Source: Promethearchaeota archaeon (lineage in GTDB: Archaea; Asgardarchaeota; Heimdallarchaeia; Hodarchaeales; Hodarchaeaceae). Taken from it: a DNA stretch of 64,000 nucleotides. The notes under the pieces are model-generated. The model was given only the letters and a program-made list of their open reading frames with translations, had not been told where the DNA came from and searched no databases. Positions 39,113 to 48,382 of this stretch are shown one piece after another. The stretch is taken from assembly GCA_048938105.1 (NCBI GenBank), contig JBHLMN010000007.1, positions 96,001 to 160,000 on the forward strand. The letters run 5' to 3'. Both the position numbers and the translations under genes were made by a program. The first letter of the stretch is position 1. Every line of letters begins with the position of its first letter.

Positions 39113-40653
39113 TTATTAACTTTATAGATGACATCAAGGAGAGTTCCATCCCGAAATTCAACTGCCGTGCAAATCTCATCTGTGAAATCAGGCTGTAAAG
39201 GAGCCGCCTGACTATAAGCCATATCTCGTAGTTCAGTAATATCTGTTATATCTATCTCTGCTTTTGTCAATTTATCTTTGAGTTTAGTTCTCCTTGGATT
39301 AACAGCTATACCTGCATCGGTTATCACAACATCTATCATTTCTCCAGGTGTTGAGACAGTAGTTACTCGATCTCGGACAATTGGTACCTTTCTAGCAATA
39401 GGACATGTAATAATTGTTAACTGAGCAGCAGCTGCATCAGTATGTCCTCCAATACCATGAAGTAGTAATCCATCTGAATGTGTATTGACATTTACGTTGA
39501 AATCAATATCAATCTCAGTTGCTCCAAGAGCTACTACATCAACAAAGTGTGCAAGTGGACCTCCTGGAGCCCAAATATTGTAAGAATTCTGAGCTGACCA
39601 CTCATAATGACAGGGATTTTCTCGTAAAGATCTAGCAGCAGCAAGATCAAATGACTGTCCATCAAATATCTTCCTCACCAAACCTTCTTCCAGCAGTTTA
39701 ACTGCTGCCTCTGTGGTCCCACCGTGAATAAATGATCCTTGGATTTCTCTTTCAATCATCAATTCGTGTAAGAATCGTGTTGTTCCAAGGGATACTCCTC
39801 CCGCCCCTGCTTGAAAAGATAATCCTTCCTTTATATATCCAGCGGCTTCTGCTACTTTGACTACCCGTTCCGCAATTTCTAGATGACCTTTTGTTACATT
39901 TCTTCCAAGGGAGCCTGCTACAATCTTATTGGGATCTCCAATACGATCTACTGTTACTATATAATCTACTTTATCTCCCTTTATACTCACAGGATAAACA
40001 GGTTCATCGGTTAAGAGATTATCTGTTACAAGAACCACTTTATCTGCGTAAACTGAATCAGTTTCGTTAGCGAACCCGCAAGCACCGTAAGCAGAAGGTC
40101 CTTGACATCCGTTCATGTTACCCATTTCATCCACAGCGGGAGCAGCAATAAAAGAAACGTTAAGATGGAGTTCTCCGCACTCTACAGCGCGTGCTCGTCC
40201 TCCATGCGAACGTAAACTGGTAGGAATGTCTATTTCTCCTATAGAAACAGCTTTACCAATGGGACCATTCATCGATCCAGAAATACAGCCAATTACACCA
40301 GAATGAATGTGTTCAATAAGAGGTTCATGATTAGGAAATAAAGCAGTAGATGCTATAGTTAAATTTTTGTAACCCATTGAAGCGATAGTATCCATAACCT
40401 CACAAATGACAAAATCGCCGTATCTGAGATTGTGAATAAAGCCAATGGTCATACCATCACTAAGATTTACCTTTGAAATGACCTGTTCTAAATCATCGAA
40501 TATTCGTTTAGTTTTACTCGTAGTAATGTGTGAAGGGTACTTACGTCCAACTTTAGATCCTTTAGGTACAGTTGAATATGCTCCTCTGTAAGGTTCATAT
40601 GTTCTATCAAATATCTTTTCTGGTACTTCTCTTCTAACCGCATTTATTACCAT
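39109..40653 (-). CDS. citF: Citrate lyase alpha subunit / CoA-(ACP) transferase
   Basis: HNLRYGD, LRSHGGRARA, FQAGAGG, DGQSFD, LGATEIDIDFNVNV, EFRDGTLLD. Confidence 0.9.
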   Translation of the reverse strand: MVINAVRREVPEKIFDRTYEPYRGAYSTVPKGSKVGRKYPSHITTSKTKRIFDDLEQVISKVNLSDGMTIGFIHNLRYGDFVICEVMDTIASMGYKNLTIASTALFPNHEPLIEHIHSGVIGCISGSMNGPIGKAVSIGEIDIPTSLRSHGGRARAVECGELHLNVSFIAAPAVDEMGNMNGCQGPSAYGACGFANETDSVYADKVVLVTDNLLTDEPVYPVSIKGDKVDYIVTVDRIGDPNKIVAGSLGRNVTKGHLEIAERVVKVAEAAGYIKEGLSFQAGAGGVSLGTTRFLHELMIEREIQGSFIHGGTTEAAVKLLEEGLVRKIFDGQSFDLAAARSLRENPCHYEWSAQNSYNIWAPGGPLAHFVDVVALGATEIDIDFNVNVNTHSDGLLLHGIGGHTDAAAAQLTIITCPIARKVPIVRDRVTTVSTPGEMIDVVITDAGIAVNPRRTKLKDKLTKAEIDITDITELRDMAYSQAAPLQPDFTDEICTAVEFRDGTLLDVIYKVNN

Positions 40654-40680
40654 TAGAATCAGCTTTTACCAACTAATTTC

Positions 40681-40701
40681 CCCTAAAAATCATTTTTAGG
40701 G
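40681..40701. promoter_or_regulatory. Perfect palindrome CCCTAAAAAT-C-ATTTTTAGGG upstream of citF
   Basis: 10-bp arms with a 1-nt spacer, 28 bp upstream of the citF ATG. Confidence 0.6.
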
Positions 40702-40821
40702 TGGTTGAAAAATTGAGAAATATCTTTTGTAGGAAGGAAAATACCAATTTAGAAGATTGAGATTTAATAAAAAAGCTTTAAATCATCTTAACTGGAATAT
40801 ACTAGATTTTTGAGGCATTAG

Positions 40822-41601
40822 TTATTGAAAAAAAAGCTGATTAATGATGGTTTGAAGTTTAGGATCTGAAGGTTCCCCTTCCCAAATGATACTTTTATCT
40901 AGACAAACAACTCTTGTAGTGAAATCACGTAGAAAACTCATTCTGTGAGTCACTAAAATTATTGTCAGATTTTGCTTCTGATGAAGCTGCTGAATCAAAT
41001 CCATGATAGCTCGTTCTATTCGGAAATCTAAAGCGGCAGTGGGCTCATCTAATAACATTATTTTAGGATTACTAGCTAATGATCGTGCAATCATTACTTT
41101 TTGTTGTTGACCTCCGCTCAGGTGCCCAATAGGCCGTTTACGGAACTTCCACATATCAACTGAACGAAGGGCATTCTCAATATATGGATCAGTCCTTTTC
41201 ACACGCTTCAAAAATCCAACTTGAGCATATCGTCCCATAGCAACAACATCTTCAACAAGAGCTGGAAAATTACGATCAATGTTGTGAATTTGAGGGACAT
41301 ATCCAATATTAATGCCTTGATGATATTCTTCACATGGCTGCATTAGTGGATCTTTACTATAAAATCGAATAGTTCCATAACTTAGTGGAACGAGATTTAA
41401 TATTGCTTTGAGGAGAGTTGACTTTCCTGATCCATTTGGCCCACAAATTCCAAGTATTTCTCCTTCGTAGACATCGAGATTTATATTAGCCAATGCAACA
41501 ACGTTTTGATAAGCAACAACAGCATTGTTTATACATATTAAAGGAGTCAAACTCCTCTTTACACCAGACATATCAATTTCAGTTTCAGTTGTGGTAGTCA
41601 T
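40822..41601 (-). CDS. znuC: Zn/Mn ABC importer ATPase
   Basis: GPNGSGKST, GYVPQ, FP..VEDVVAMGR, LSGGQQQK. Confidence 0.93.
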   Translation of the reverse strand: MTTTTETEIDMSGVKRSLTPLICINNAVVAYQNVVALANINLDVYEGEILGICGPNGSGKSTLLKAILNLVPLSYGTIRFYSKDPLMQPCEEYHQGINIGYVPQIHNIDRNFPALVEDVVAMGRYAQVGFLKRVKRTDPYIENALRSVDMWKFRKRPIGHLSGGQQQKVMIARSLASNPKIMLLDEPTAALDFRIERAIMDLIQQLHQKQNLTIILVTHRMSFLRDFTTRVVCLDKSIIWEGEPSDPKLQTIINQLFFQ

Positions 41602-41619
41602 ACTCGATCACTTCGAAAG

Positions 41620-42648
41620 TCATCCATGTTCATGAGTGCGTGGAGTCTTTCTAGAGAGCTTCCGTTTATCTATTACCACGTCACCTCTTCGATGGTCGTC
41701 ATGAGCAACATGTGAATGAGGGGTATCTGATTGTAGGCATTCAGGATCTTCACAAGACCCCTCATCAATAATTTCTCCACAATATGGGCATTCTGTTGGC
41801 AAGTGAGCCAAATGAGAGAAACGTCGTTTGGGAGAGATAAAAAATGAAATAAGGAATATTAGTGTAATTAATGTAACAATTGTAGATCCAGAAGGCAGAT
41901 CAAACACTACTGAAAGGTATAATCCTCCAACAGTTGAAAAAACTCCAAAAATCCCAGCTAAAAATAGTAAGCGATTAAATTTGAAAGTAAGTTGGTAAGC
42001 AGCTGCCGCAGGAGTTACAATCATCGCAAAGACTAATATGGCACCAATTGCTTTTAATGAGACTGAAATTGTCATTGAAACTAAAACCAAGAAGATGTAT
42101 GTTAATAATCGAACAGGAATACCAGAGACTCGCGCCGATTCTTCATCAAAAGTCATGAAATATAGCTCCTTTTTAATCACAAAAATCACAATGATGATTA
42201 AAAAGCTAAAAAAGATTAATAGATTGAATGTATTTGGACTAATTATCAGAATGTTACCGAAGAGTATTGAGGGGACATCAGTGCTGTACACTGGCATAAG
42301 ACTAATGAACAGAATAGCTAATGCCATGAAAAAAGAAAATATGACACCAATTATGATTTCATCTTTCATCATTTTCTTTTCATTTACATAACCAATACTA
42401 ATCGAGGATATTATTGAAAAAAGCATGATCACTAATAACGGATCCCAACCTAGTAGAATTGCTAAAGCTGCACCAGCAAACGCAGAATGGGCAATTGCCT
42501 CCCCCAAAAAAACCATTCCTCTTAATAGCACAAATGATCCAATCAATGCACAAATAATTCCAATCAAAATAGCAGCGATGAGTGCTTTTTGCATAAATGG
42601 ATATTGGAGATATTCCCAGAAGGCATTGGGATTAAAGATGATTTCCAT
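41620..42648 (-). CDS. znuB: Zn/Mn ABC importer permease with Cys/His-rich C-terminal tail
   Basis: GEAIAHSAFAG, LFGNIL, TPAAAA; tail CPYC..C..C..HSHVAHDDH..HEHG. Confidence 0.92.
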   Translation of the reverse strand: MEIIFNPNAFWEYLQYPFMQKALIAAILIGIICALIGSFVLLRGMVFLGEAIAHSAFAGAALAILLGWDPLLVIMLFSIISSISIGYVNEKKMMKDEIIIGVIFSFFMALAILFISLMPVYSTDVPSILFGNILIISPNTFNLLIFFSFLIIIVIFVIKKELYFMTFDEESARVSGIPVRLLTYIFLVLVSMTISVSLKAIGAILVFAMIVTPAAAAYQLTFKFNRLLFLAGIFGVFSTVGGLYLSVVFDLPSGSTIVTLITLIFLISFFISPKRRFSHLAHLPTECPYCGEIIDEGSCEDPECLQSDTPHSHVAHDDHRRGDVVIDKRKLSRKTPRTHEHG

Positions 42649-42659
42649 GACGAAAGAGT

Positions 42660-43118
42660 TCACTCTGAATATCCCCCTTCTTCTATTTTGCTTTCTGCCG
42701 TGCAAAGGTTTCCTGCTTTGATGGCCTCTTTTAATTCACAATCATCTTGATGAAATTTAGTAATAGCCTCAATAAATTCACAAGAAACAATTGGTGTTAA
42801 TCTTAATGCAACTTTTCTTCTTACTGATGCGGTTAGATCTAATGTCTCTTGAAAATAATTTTCAAGCAAATGCATATGCCAAGTTATATGTAAAGCATGT
42901 TCCTTTCCTATCTCAGTTAATCCTACTAATTTATGGGGTTCCCATGAGATTAGCTTATTTTTTTGTAGTTTTTTGATTAAAGAATGGAGAGTTTGACGAC
43001 TACGATCGAAATGATATTCTTCATTTAATATTTGAAACAAATCTCCAGCACGAATGGGTCTTTCCCAATCATAAAGAAATAAAAGAATAAGTTTTTCCGA
43101 ATCAGAGAGGCCAACCAT
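42660..43118 (-). CDS. DtxR/MntR-family regulator (metal site partly degenerate)
   Basis: wHTH, LTEIG...A....HMHLLENYF...L. Confidence 0.8.
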   Translation of the reverse strand: MVGLSDSEKLILLFLYDWERPIRAGDLFQILNEEYHFDRSRQTLHSLIKKLQKNKLISWEPHKLVGLTEIGKEHALHITWHMHLLENYFQETLDLTASVRRKVALRLTPIVSCEFIEAITKFHQDDCELKEAIKAGNLCTAESKIEEGGYSE

Positions 43119-43301
43119 GATTCATCAACAAAATAGACTGGTTTTCACTTTGACTTTTAAATATGAAAGTCGTTTGAAGATTTTTTCCATAGGTTGATAA
43201 ATTTTTCCATTACAAAATATTTTTTAAAGAAACTTTAATTTAGTGAAACGATTTATCTTAAATTATTTTCTTACAAATTATAGCATAATTAAGTGGTTTA
43301 A

Positions 43302-44345
43302 ATGCTGAATAAAAGGAACCAGATATTTTTAACAGTTATAACCTTTATATTCCTATTTATTAATGGATTACTAGTAACAAAAGCAGCTAATCCTGATTTT
43401 CAGCAAGATTCTAATTTAAAAGTTGTTGTATCATTATCAATGATTGGTGATTGGGCTCAAAATGTAGCTGGGGATGTATTCACTGTTACCAATATTGTTA
43501 GTGGTCTCGAGAATCCCCACACATATGACCCTAAAGCTTCAGAGGTAGCTACTGTTGCTAGTGCTGATCTTTTTATCAGATTTGGCCTTTCAGGTTTAGA
43601 ACCTTGGGTAGATTCTGTTCTTCAATCAAGTTCTCCAACAAGAATTTTGACTTTAATTAATGTCTCGATTGAAGAATATATGGAATATGACCCTGTAATT
43701 GGTAAAAAGAACCCACACGTTTGGATGAGTCCCATAAACGCAAAAGATATGACATTTAAAATCTATCAGGCATTTGCACAACTTCTACCAGAAAATGATG
43801 CCACTCTTTACAATAATTTTCTTTCCTATCAAAAAGATCTCGATGATTTACTAAACCGAATTGACCAAGCTAAAGAGTCTTTTAATGGTACCAAAGTAGT
43901 AGTTCATCACCCTGCGTTTATTTATTTTTTAGATCTACTTGGTTTGGAACGAATCGGTGCGATTGAAGAGGTTGAAGGTGCTGAGCCTTCAGCAGCTCAC
44001 GTTGCTGATTTGTCAGATAAAATGCTACAAGAAGAATGTAAACTTATTATCAATCAACCTCAATTAGATAAGGAAGATGTTGAAGCGTTAGCACTTGACA
44101 CTGATTCACAAGTTGCTGTATTAACTCCATTACTGGGAGTAGAGGTTGAAGATTCTCTTAAAGCTGAATATGGAGATACAATAGATAATTACATTGAAAT
44201 GTTTGACTATAACCTCTATAAATTAGCACATCCTTATACTCCTTCAATTAAAAACACCCCAGGTTTCGAATCAATCTCATTCTCAAGTTTCCTCTCAATT
44301 TTTATTGTATTGGTGATTTCTCGAAAGAGAAGAAAAAATTCATAA
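43302..44345 (+). CDS. znuA: Zn/Mn ABC substrate-binding protein with PGF-type C-terminal anchor
   Basis: NPHTYDP, NPHVWMSP, HPAF.YF, EPS; TPGFES-TM-RKRRK. Confidence 0.93.
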   Translation: MLNKRNQIFLTVITFIFLFINGLLVTKAANPDFQQDSNLKVVVSLSMIGDWAQNVAGDVFTVTNIVSGLENPHTYDPKASEVATVASADLFIRFGLSGLEPWVDSVLQSSSPTRILTLINVSIEEYMEYDPVIGKKNPHVWMSPINAKDMTFKIYQAFAQLLPENDATLYNNFLSYQKDLDDLLNRIDQAKESFNGTKVVVHHPAFIYFLDLLGLERIGAIEEVEGAEPSAAHVADLSDKMLQEECKLIINQPQLDKEDVEALALDTDSQVAVLTPLLGVEVEDSLKAEYGDTIDNYIEMFDYNLYKLAHPYTPSIKNTPGFESISFSSFLSIFIVLVISRKRRKNS

Positions 44346-44370
44346 TCAGAATATTGTAAAAAGCATATTA

Positions 44371-45243
44371 ATGGTAGATCATTTACGAAGAATTACAAAG
44401 GATATACATCTAGTTAAGGGGAAAAATAATGGAAAATTTCCATTTTCTCATTCTATTATCTTCAATAATTCAAAAGAAACAATCTTAATTGATACGGGAT
44501 GTGGCATTGAAAATCTCCAAACACTAAAAGAAAAATATAATATTTATCGTATCATCAATTCACATACTCATCCAGATCATTCTGCAGGTAATTGGATATT
44601 TAAAAACAATGTTGAGTCTATTGAGGTTCCTATACAAGGATTTAATACAAGTGGAGATATTCTAGCATTATCTAACCGATTTACTGAACCTGGAGACATT
44701 GCAAAATACTGGAGAGATAATATTCCAAAAATTATGGGAATGAAAGATTGTAAACCGACTCTTAGCTTTGATAGCAAATCAGAATTTGATTTTGGAGACG
44801 TTAAGCTCCTCCCCATTTATACACCAGGACATACCATTGACCATTATTGTTTTTATGAGCCAAATGATCAAATTTTGTTCTCCTTCGATATAGACTTAAC
44901 TTCTTTTGGTCCTTGGTACGGCCACATCGAGTCAGATATCTCACAATTTAAAGAGTCAATTACTCGAATTAAAGAGCTAGAAATTAAAATTCTTATTTCA
45001 TCTCATAAAGGTATCATTACAAAGAATATTTATAAGCAATTGGATGAATTTTATAGAAAGATTGAGGAAAGGACTGTAAAAATACGTGGTTTATTAAAAA
45101 GAGGAGTACTTACAATTGATCAACTTGTAGAAGAAAAGCCAATTTATGGAGAATTTCCCTATGTTGAACCTTTGCTTCGTTATTGGGAAACACAAATGAT
45201 TAAAAAACATTTAGTAGAAATAGAACAGAATATTCGGGGATGA
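44371..45243 (+). CDS. Metallo-beta-lactamase-fold hydrolase
   Basis: IDTG, SHTHPDH, TPGHT, SSH. Confidence 0.9.
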   Translation: MVDHLRRITKDIHLVKGKNNGKFPFSHSIIFNNSKETILIDTGCGIENLQTLKEKYNIYRIINSHTHPDHSAGNWIFKNNVESIEVPIQGFNTSGDILALSNRFTEPGDIAKYWRDNIPKIMGMKDCKPTLSFDSKSEFDFGDVKLLPIYTPGHTIDHYCFYEPNDQILFSFDIDLTSFGPWYGHIESDISQFKESITRIKELEIKILISSHKGIITKNIYKQLDEFYRKIEERTVKIRGLLKRGVLTIDQLVEEKPIYGEFPYVEPLLRYWETQMIKKHLVEIEQNIRG

Positions 45244-45250
45244 ATAAGTA

Positions 45251-45685
45251 ATGGCTAAACGTTTACGCGTTGCATACCTTGAACGATGTGTGGGATGTTA
45301 CCAATGTGTTTTGGCTTGTGCTAGAGTCAATGAAAAAGTATTAAGCGTGGATCGCACCTCAATAACGGTGAGAACTGTAGGAGGGTATGAAGGAGCATTT
45401 GCCGTAGTTGTTTGTAGAGGCTGCCTTGACCCACCATGCGTTCCTGTTTGTCCTATAGTAGGGGCAATTCGACCTAGAGAACACGGAGGAGGAGTTATTA
45501 TCGATCGAGAAATTTGTGATTCTACAAAGTGTAATCATGAATGTGTGAAAGCATGTCCGATACCAGGAGCGATCCATATTGATCAAGATCTTCACAATGC
45601 GATTGCATGTAGACAATGTAGTATTTGTACAAAATTCTGTCCAACAGGTGTTTTAATAATGGAGGAACCAAAACCTGGATTTTAA
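45251..45685 (+). CDS. Multi-[4Fe-4S] small subunit (GOR-S-like)
   Basis: CVGCYQCVLAC, CRGCLDPPCVPVCP, C..CNHECVKACP, CRQCSICTKFCP. Confidence 0.9.
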   Translation: MAKRLRVAYLERCVGCYQCVLACARVNEKVLSVDRTSITVRTVGGYEGAFAVVVCRGCLDPPCVPVCPIVGAIRPREHGGGVIIDREICDSTKCNHECVKACPIPGAIHIDQDLHNAIACRQCSICTKFCPTGVLIMEEPKPGF

Positions 45686-45697
45686 GAGGGAAAATAA

Positions 45698-47476
45698 ATG
45701 GATGAGATTCCACAGGACATTCTTGAAATTGATCTTAGCTCACAGAAAGCAAACCGTTACGCAAAACCAGATTTATTCTCCAAATGGATGGGAGGTATCG
45801 GACTTGCAGTAAATTTACTAGAAAAGCACGTACCATCAAATGCAGATCCTTTAGGAAAAGATAATGCAATTATATTCGCCATTGGCCCTTTATCCACATT
45901 TTATCCCATTGCTTCTAAAACAGTTGCCGTTTTCAAAAGCCCACTCACGGGCGATCTAGGTGAATCATACGCAGGTGGCCGTTTATCTCTTGCAATGCGC
46001 TTTGCAGGGTTAGGAGCCATTATTATTAAAGGGCAAGCGGAAAAATCATGTTTTATTACCATTATTGATGAAGAAGTCGAAATTAAACGCGCTGGACCTC
46101 TTGCATACATGTATACTTCGACTCTCGGTAGAGTTTTACGTGAACTGGTTCCAGTAGGTCCAGGAAGACGGTCATCGATTCGAATAGGCCAAGCAAGTGA
46201 AAACCTTGTCAAATATGGGAATGTAATCGTTGATAGTTTTCGTCATTTTGGTAGACTTGGAGTGGGAGCCGTACTTGGCGCCAAGCGATTAAAAGCTATC
46301 ATCATTAGCGGAACCAAAGACATTCCTCTCTCAAACATTGATCGTCGAAGTTATCAAAAAACCTACAAGAATATCTGGAATCAATGTGTTAATACAGACA
46401 GTATGAGAAAATATCATGTTTTGGGTACTCCTCAAAGTGTTTTACCATTAAATGAACTCAATTCTTTACCAACAAAGAATTTCAAGTTTGGACGGTTTGA
46501 AGGAGTAATGGGTATTTCAGGTGAAAAATTTGTAGAAACATATCTTGGTAGACGAGTATCCTGTAATACATGCCCAGTAGGGTGTATTCACATTGCAATT
46601 CTTCGAGAACATTACGGTGTAGATTCTCCAGCTGATTTACACTCACTTGCTGTTCCTTATGATTATGAACCCATGTATGCTCTTGGTTCTAATCTTCAGA
46701 TTAGTGATGGAACAGAATTATTGAAATTGATAGAACAAACTGAACGATTAGGAATAGATGCCATTACGGTTGGAGTGATTTTGGGATGGCTAGCAGAGGC
46801 ATTTGAGAAAGGATTATTAACTGAAAAAGAAACCAAGGGATTGTCCATTAGATTTGGACATGTAAATGACTTTATAGAAGTTATTAAAAGAATAACATAT
46901 CGAAATTCTGAAGATAAAGATCTCTATTGGTATGCTGGAGAGGGATTAAATCAGCTAGTAGAGAAATATGGTGGAAGTGAATTTGCAGTTCGTTTTAACA
47001 ATAACCCACCCGCTGGGTACTCAACTGGTCCTTACAGCATAATTGGCCATGCTATTGGAGCAAGACATTCGCATTTAGATAATGCAGGATATTCGTTCGA
47101 CCAAAAATTTCTTGGGAAGAAGATTTCTCCTACGGACGCAGTTTTAAATCTAGCTAAAGAGGAGGAATGGAGAAATATACTAAATTCATTAATAATTTGT
47201 TTGTTTGCAAGGAATATCTACACTCCCCAACTAGTAAAGGAATGTTTACGGAATCTTGGTACTGATAAAACAGAGAATGAGCTATTAGAATTAGGATTAG
47301 AAATTCAAAAATTAAGGATTAAAACGAAAAAACGATTTGGATTCAGTTATGATACTTTAATCAAAGAAATACCAGACCGTATTTATGAGATGCCAACAGC
47401 TCATGGAAACCTCTCTAAGATCCAGTTAATGGACCTTTTCAACGCTTATGAAGTTCTTCTAACGGAGAGATATTAA
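45698..47476 (+). CDS. AOR-family tungsten oxidoreductase large subunit, probably glyceraldehyde-3-phosphate:ferredoxin oxidoreductase of the heterodimeric GOR type
   Basis: KSPLTG..GESYAGGR, RHFGRLG, SCNTCPVGC, YDYEP, GARHSHLDNAGY; paired with an Fe-S subunit; tpiA nearby. Confidence 0.8.
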   Translation: MDEIPQDILEIDLSSQKANRYAKPDLFSKWMGGIGLAVNLLEKHVPSNADPLGKDNAIIFAIGPLSTFYPIASKTVAVFKSPLTGDLGESYAGGRLSLAMRFAGLGAIIIKGQAEKSCFITIIDEEVEIKRAGPLAYMYTSTLGRVLRELVPVGPGRRSSIRIGQASENLVKYGNVIVDSFRHFGRLGVGAVLGAKRLKAIIISGTKDIPLSNIDRRSYQKTYKNIWNQCVNTDSMRKYHVLGTPQSVLPLNELNSLPTKNFKFGRFEGVMGISGEKFVETYLGRRVSCNTCPVGCIHIAILREHYGVDSPADLHSLAVPYDYEPMYALGSNLQISDGTELLKLIEQTERLGIDAITVGVILGWLAEAFEKGLLTEKETKGLSIRFGHVNDFIEVIKRITYRNSEDKDLYWYAGEGLNQLVEKYGGSEFAVRFNNNPPAGYSTGPYSIIGHAIGARHSHLDNAGYSFDQKFLGKKISPTDAVLNLAKEEEWRNILNSLIICLFARNIYTPQLVKECLRNLGTDKTENELLELGLEIQKLRIKTKKRFGFSYDTLIKEIPDRIYEMPTAHGNLSKIQLMDLFNAYEVLLTERY

Positions 47477-47533
47477 CATATTCTAAGTGACACTAGTTGA
47501 GAGGATTGAAATAGGAAAAAAGGGGGAGGTGAC

Positions 47534-48361
47534 TTAACTAGTTTGCGCAACCTGTTTAGCTTTTCGATTAATCATCATATTACCAAGCCAGATGAATACA
47601 ATAGAGAAAATAAAAGCAATTATTGGTACTCGAAATAGAATATTATTCGTTGGTTGCAACCAAAGCACGAGTAACATTGCTACAAGACTAGGTAGGAATA
47701 AGTATGCTCCAGTTCTTAATACCCAAAAACCGTTAGTACCATATTTTGGGCGATAGCGTCGGGGTAAACCTCCAAAGGATGCAACATCACCAATAATTTG
47801 ATCAATTTGCATATTAGAAGGTATAGAAGGAAAATAAACGATCAATCTCTTGAATTTCCTTCGAAATATACCGAATGTAATGAGATCAAATACTCCAAGT
47901 AGCAGTGCTAATCCTAGTTCTATTCCTAAAGCTATCATTGGTCCTATGATTGGTGCCAAATATATCAATAATAATACTACAGCAATGATTAGGAAGAAGA
48001 TGACTATTGCTCCTAACGAATCACTACTCGCATCACAATCACCACTTCCAGAACAGTCTACATATCTACAATCACCAGTTTTAGAGGTTTCTTTACGTGA
48101 TCTTCCTTGCATTGATGTACGTTTACGATCAGAAGGATACTTTGATGACCGACCACATTGGTAACCACCACACCAATAGTACCCATGCCAACAGGATTCT
48201 TCTATTAAATAATAAGTTTCACCCTCTCCAAATATCCGCCCTTTCTCACGAGAACAGATCGTGTCACGACTAGCTAATGGGAAAATTTCAGCTTTTACTC
48301 CTTGATTAGTACAGATCTCTCGCAAGGTGTTTTCATCAATACCATTAAATTCAATTTCCAT
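47534..48361 (-). CDS. Hypothetical membrane protein with Cys-rich N-terminal region
   Basis: CWHGYYWCGGYQC and DCRYVDCSGSGDCD before about 4 TMs. Confidence 0.7.
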   Translation of the reverse strand: MEIEFNGIDENTLREICTNQGVKAEIFPLASRDTICSREKGRIFGEGETYYLIEESCWHGYYWCGGYQCGRSSKYPSDRKRTSMQGRSRKETSKTGDCRYVDCSGSGDCDASSDSLGAIVIFFLIIAVVLLLIYLAPIIGPMIALGIELGLALLLGVFDLITFGIFRRKFKRLIVYFPSIPSNMQIDQIIGDVASFGGLPRRYRPKYGTNGFWVLRTGAYLFLPSLVAMLLVLWLQPTNNILFRVPIIAFIFSIVFIWLGNMMINRKAKQVAQTS

Positions 48362-48382
48362 AATTAATACCCCAATAATGAT

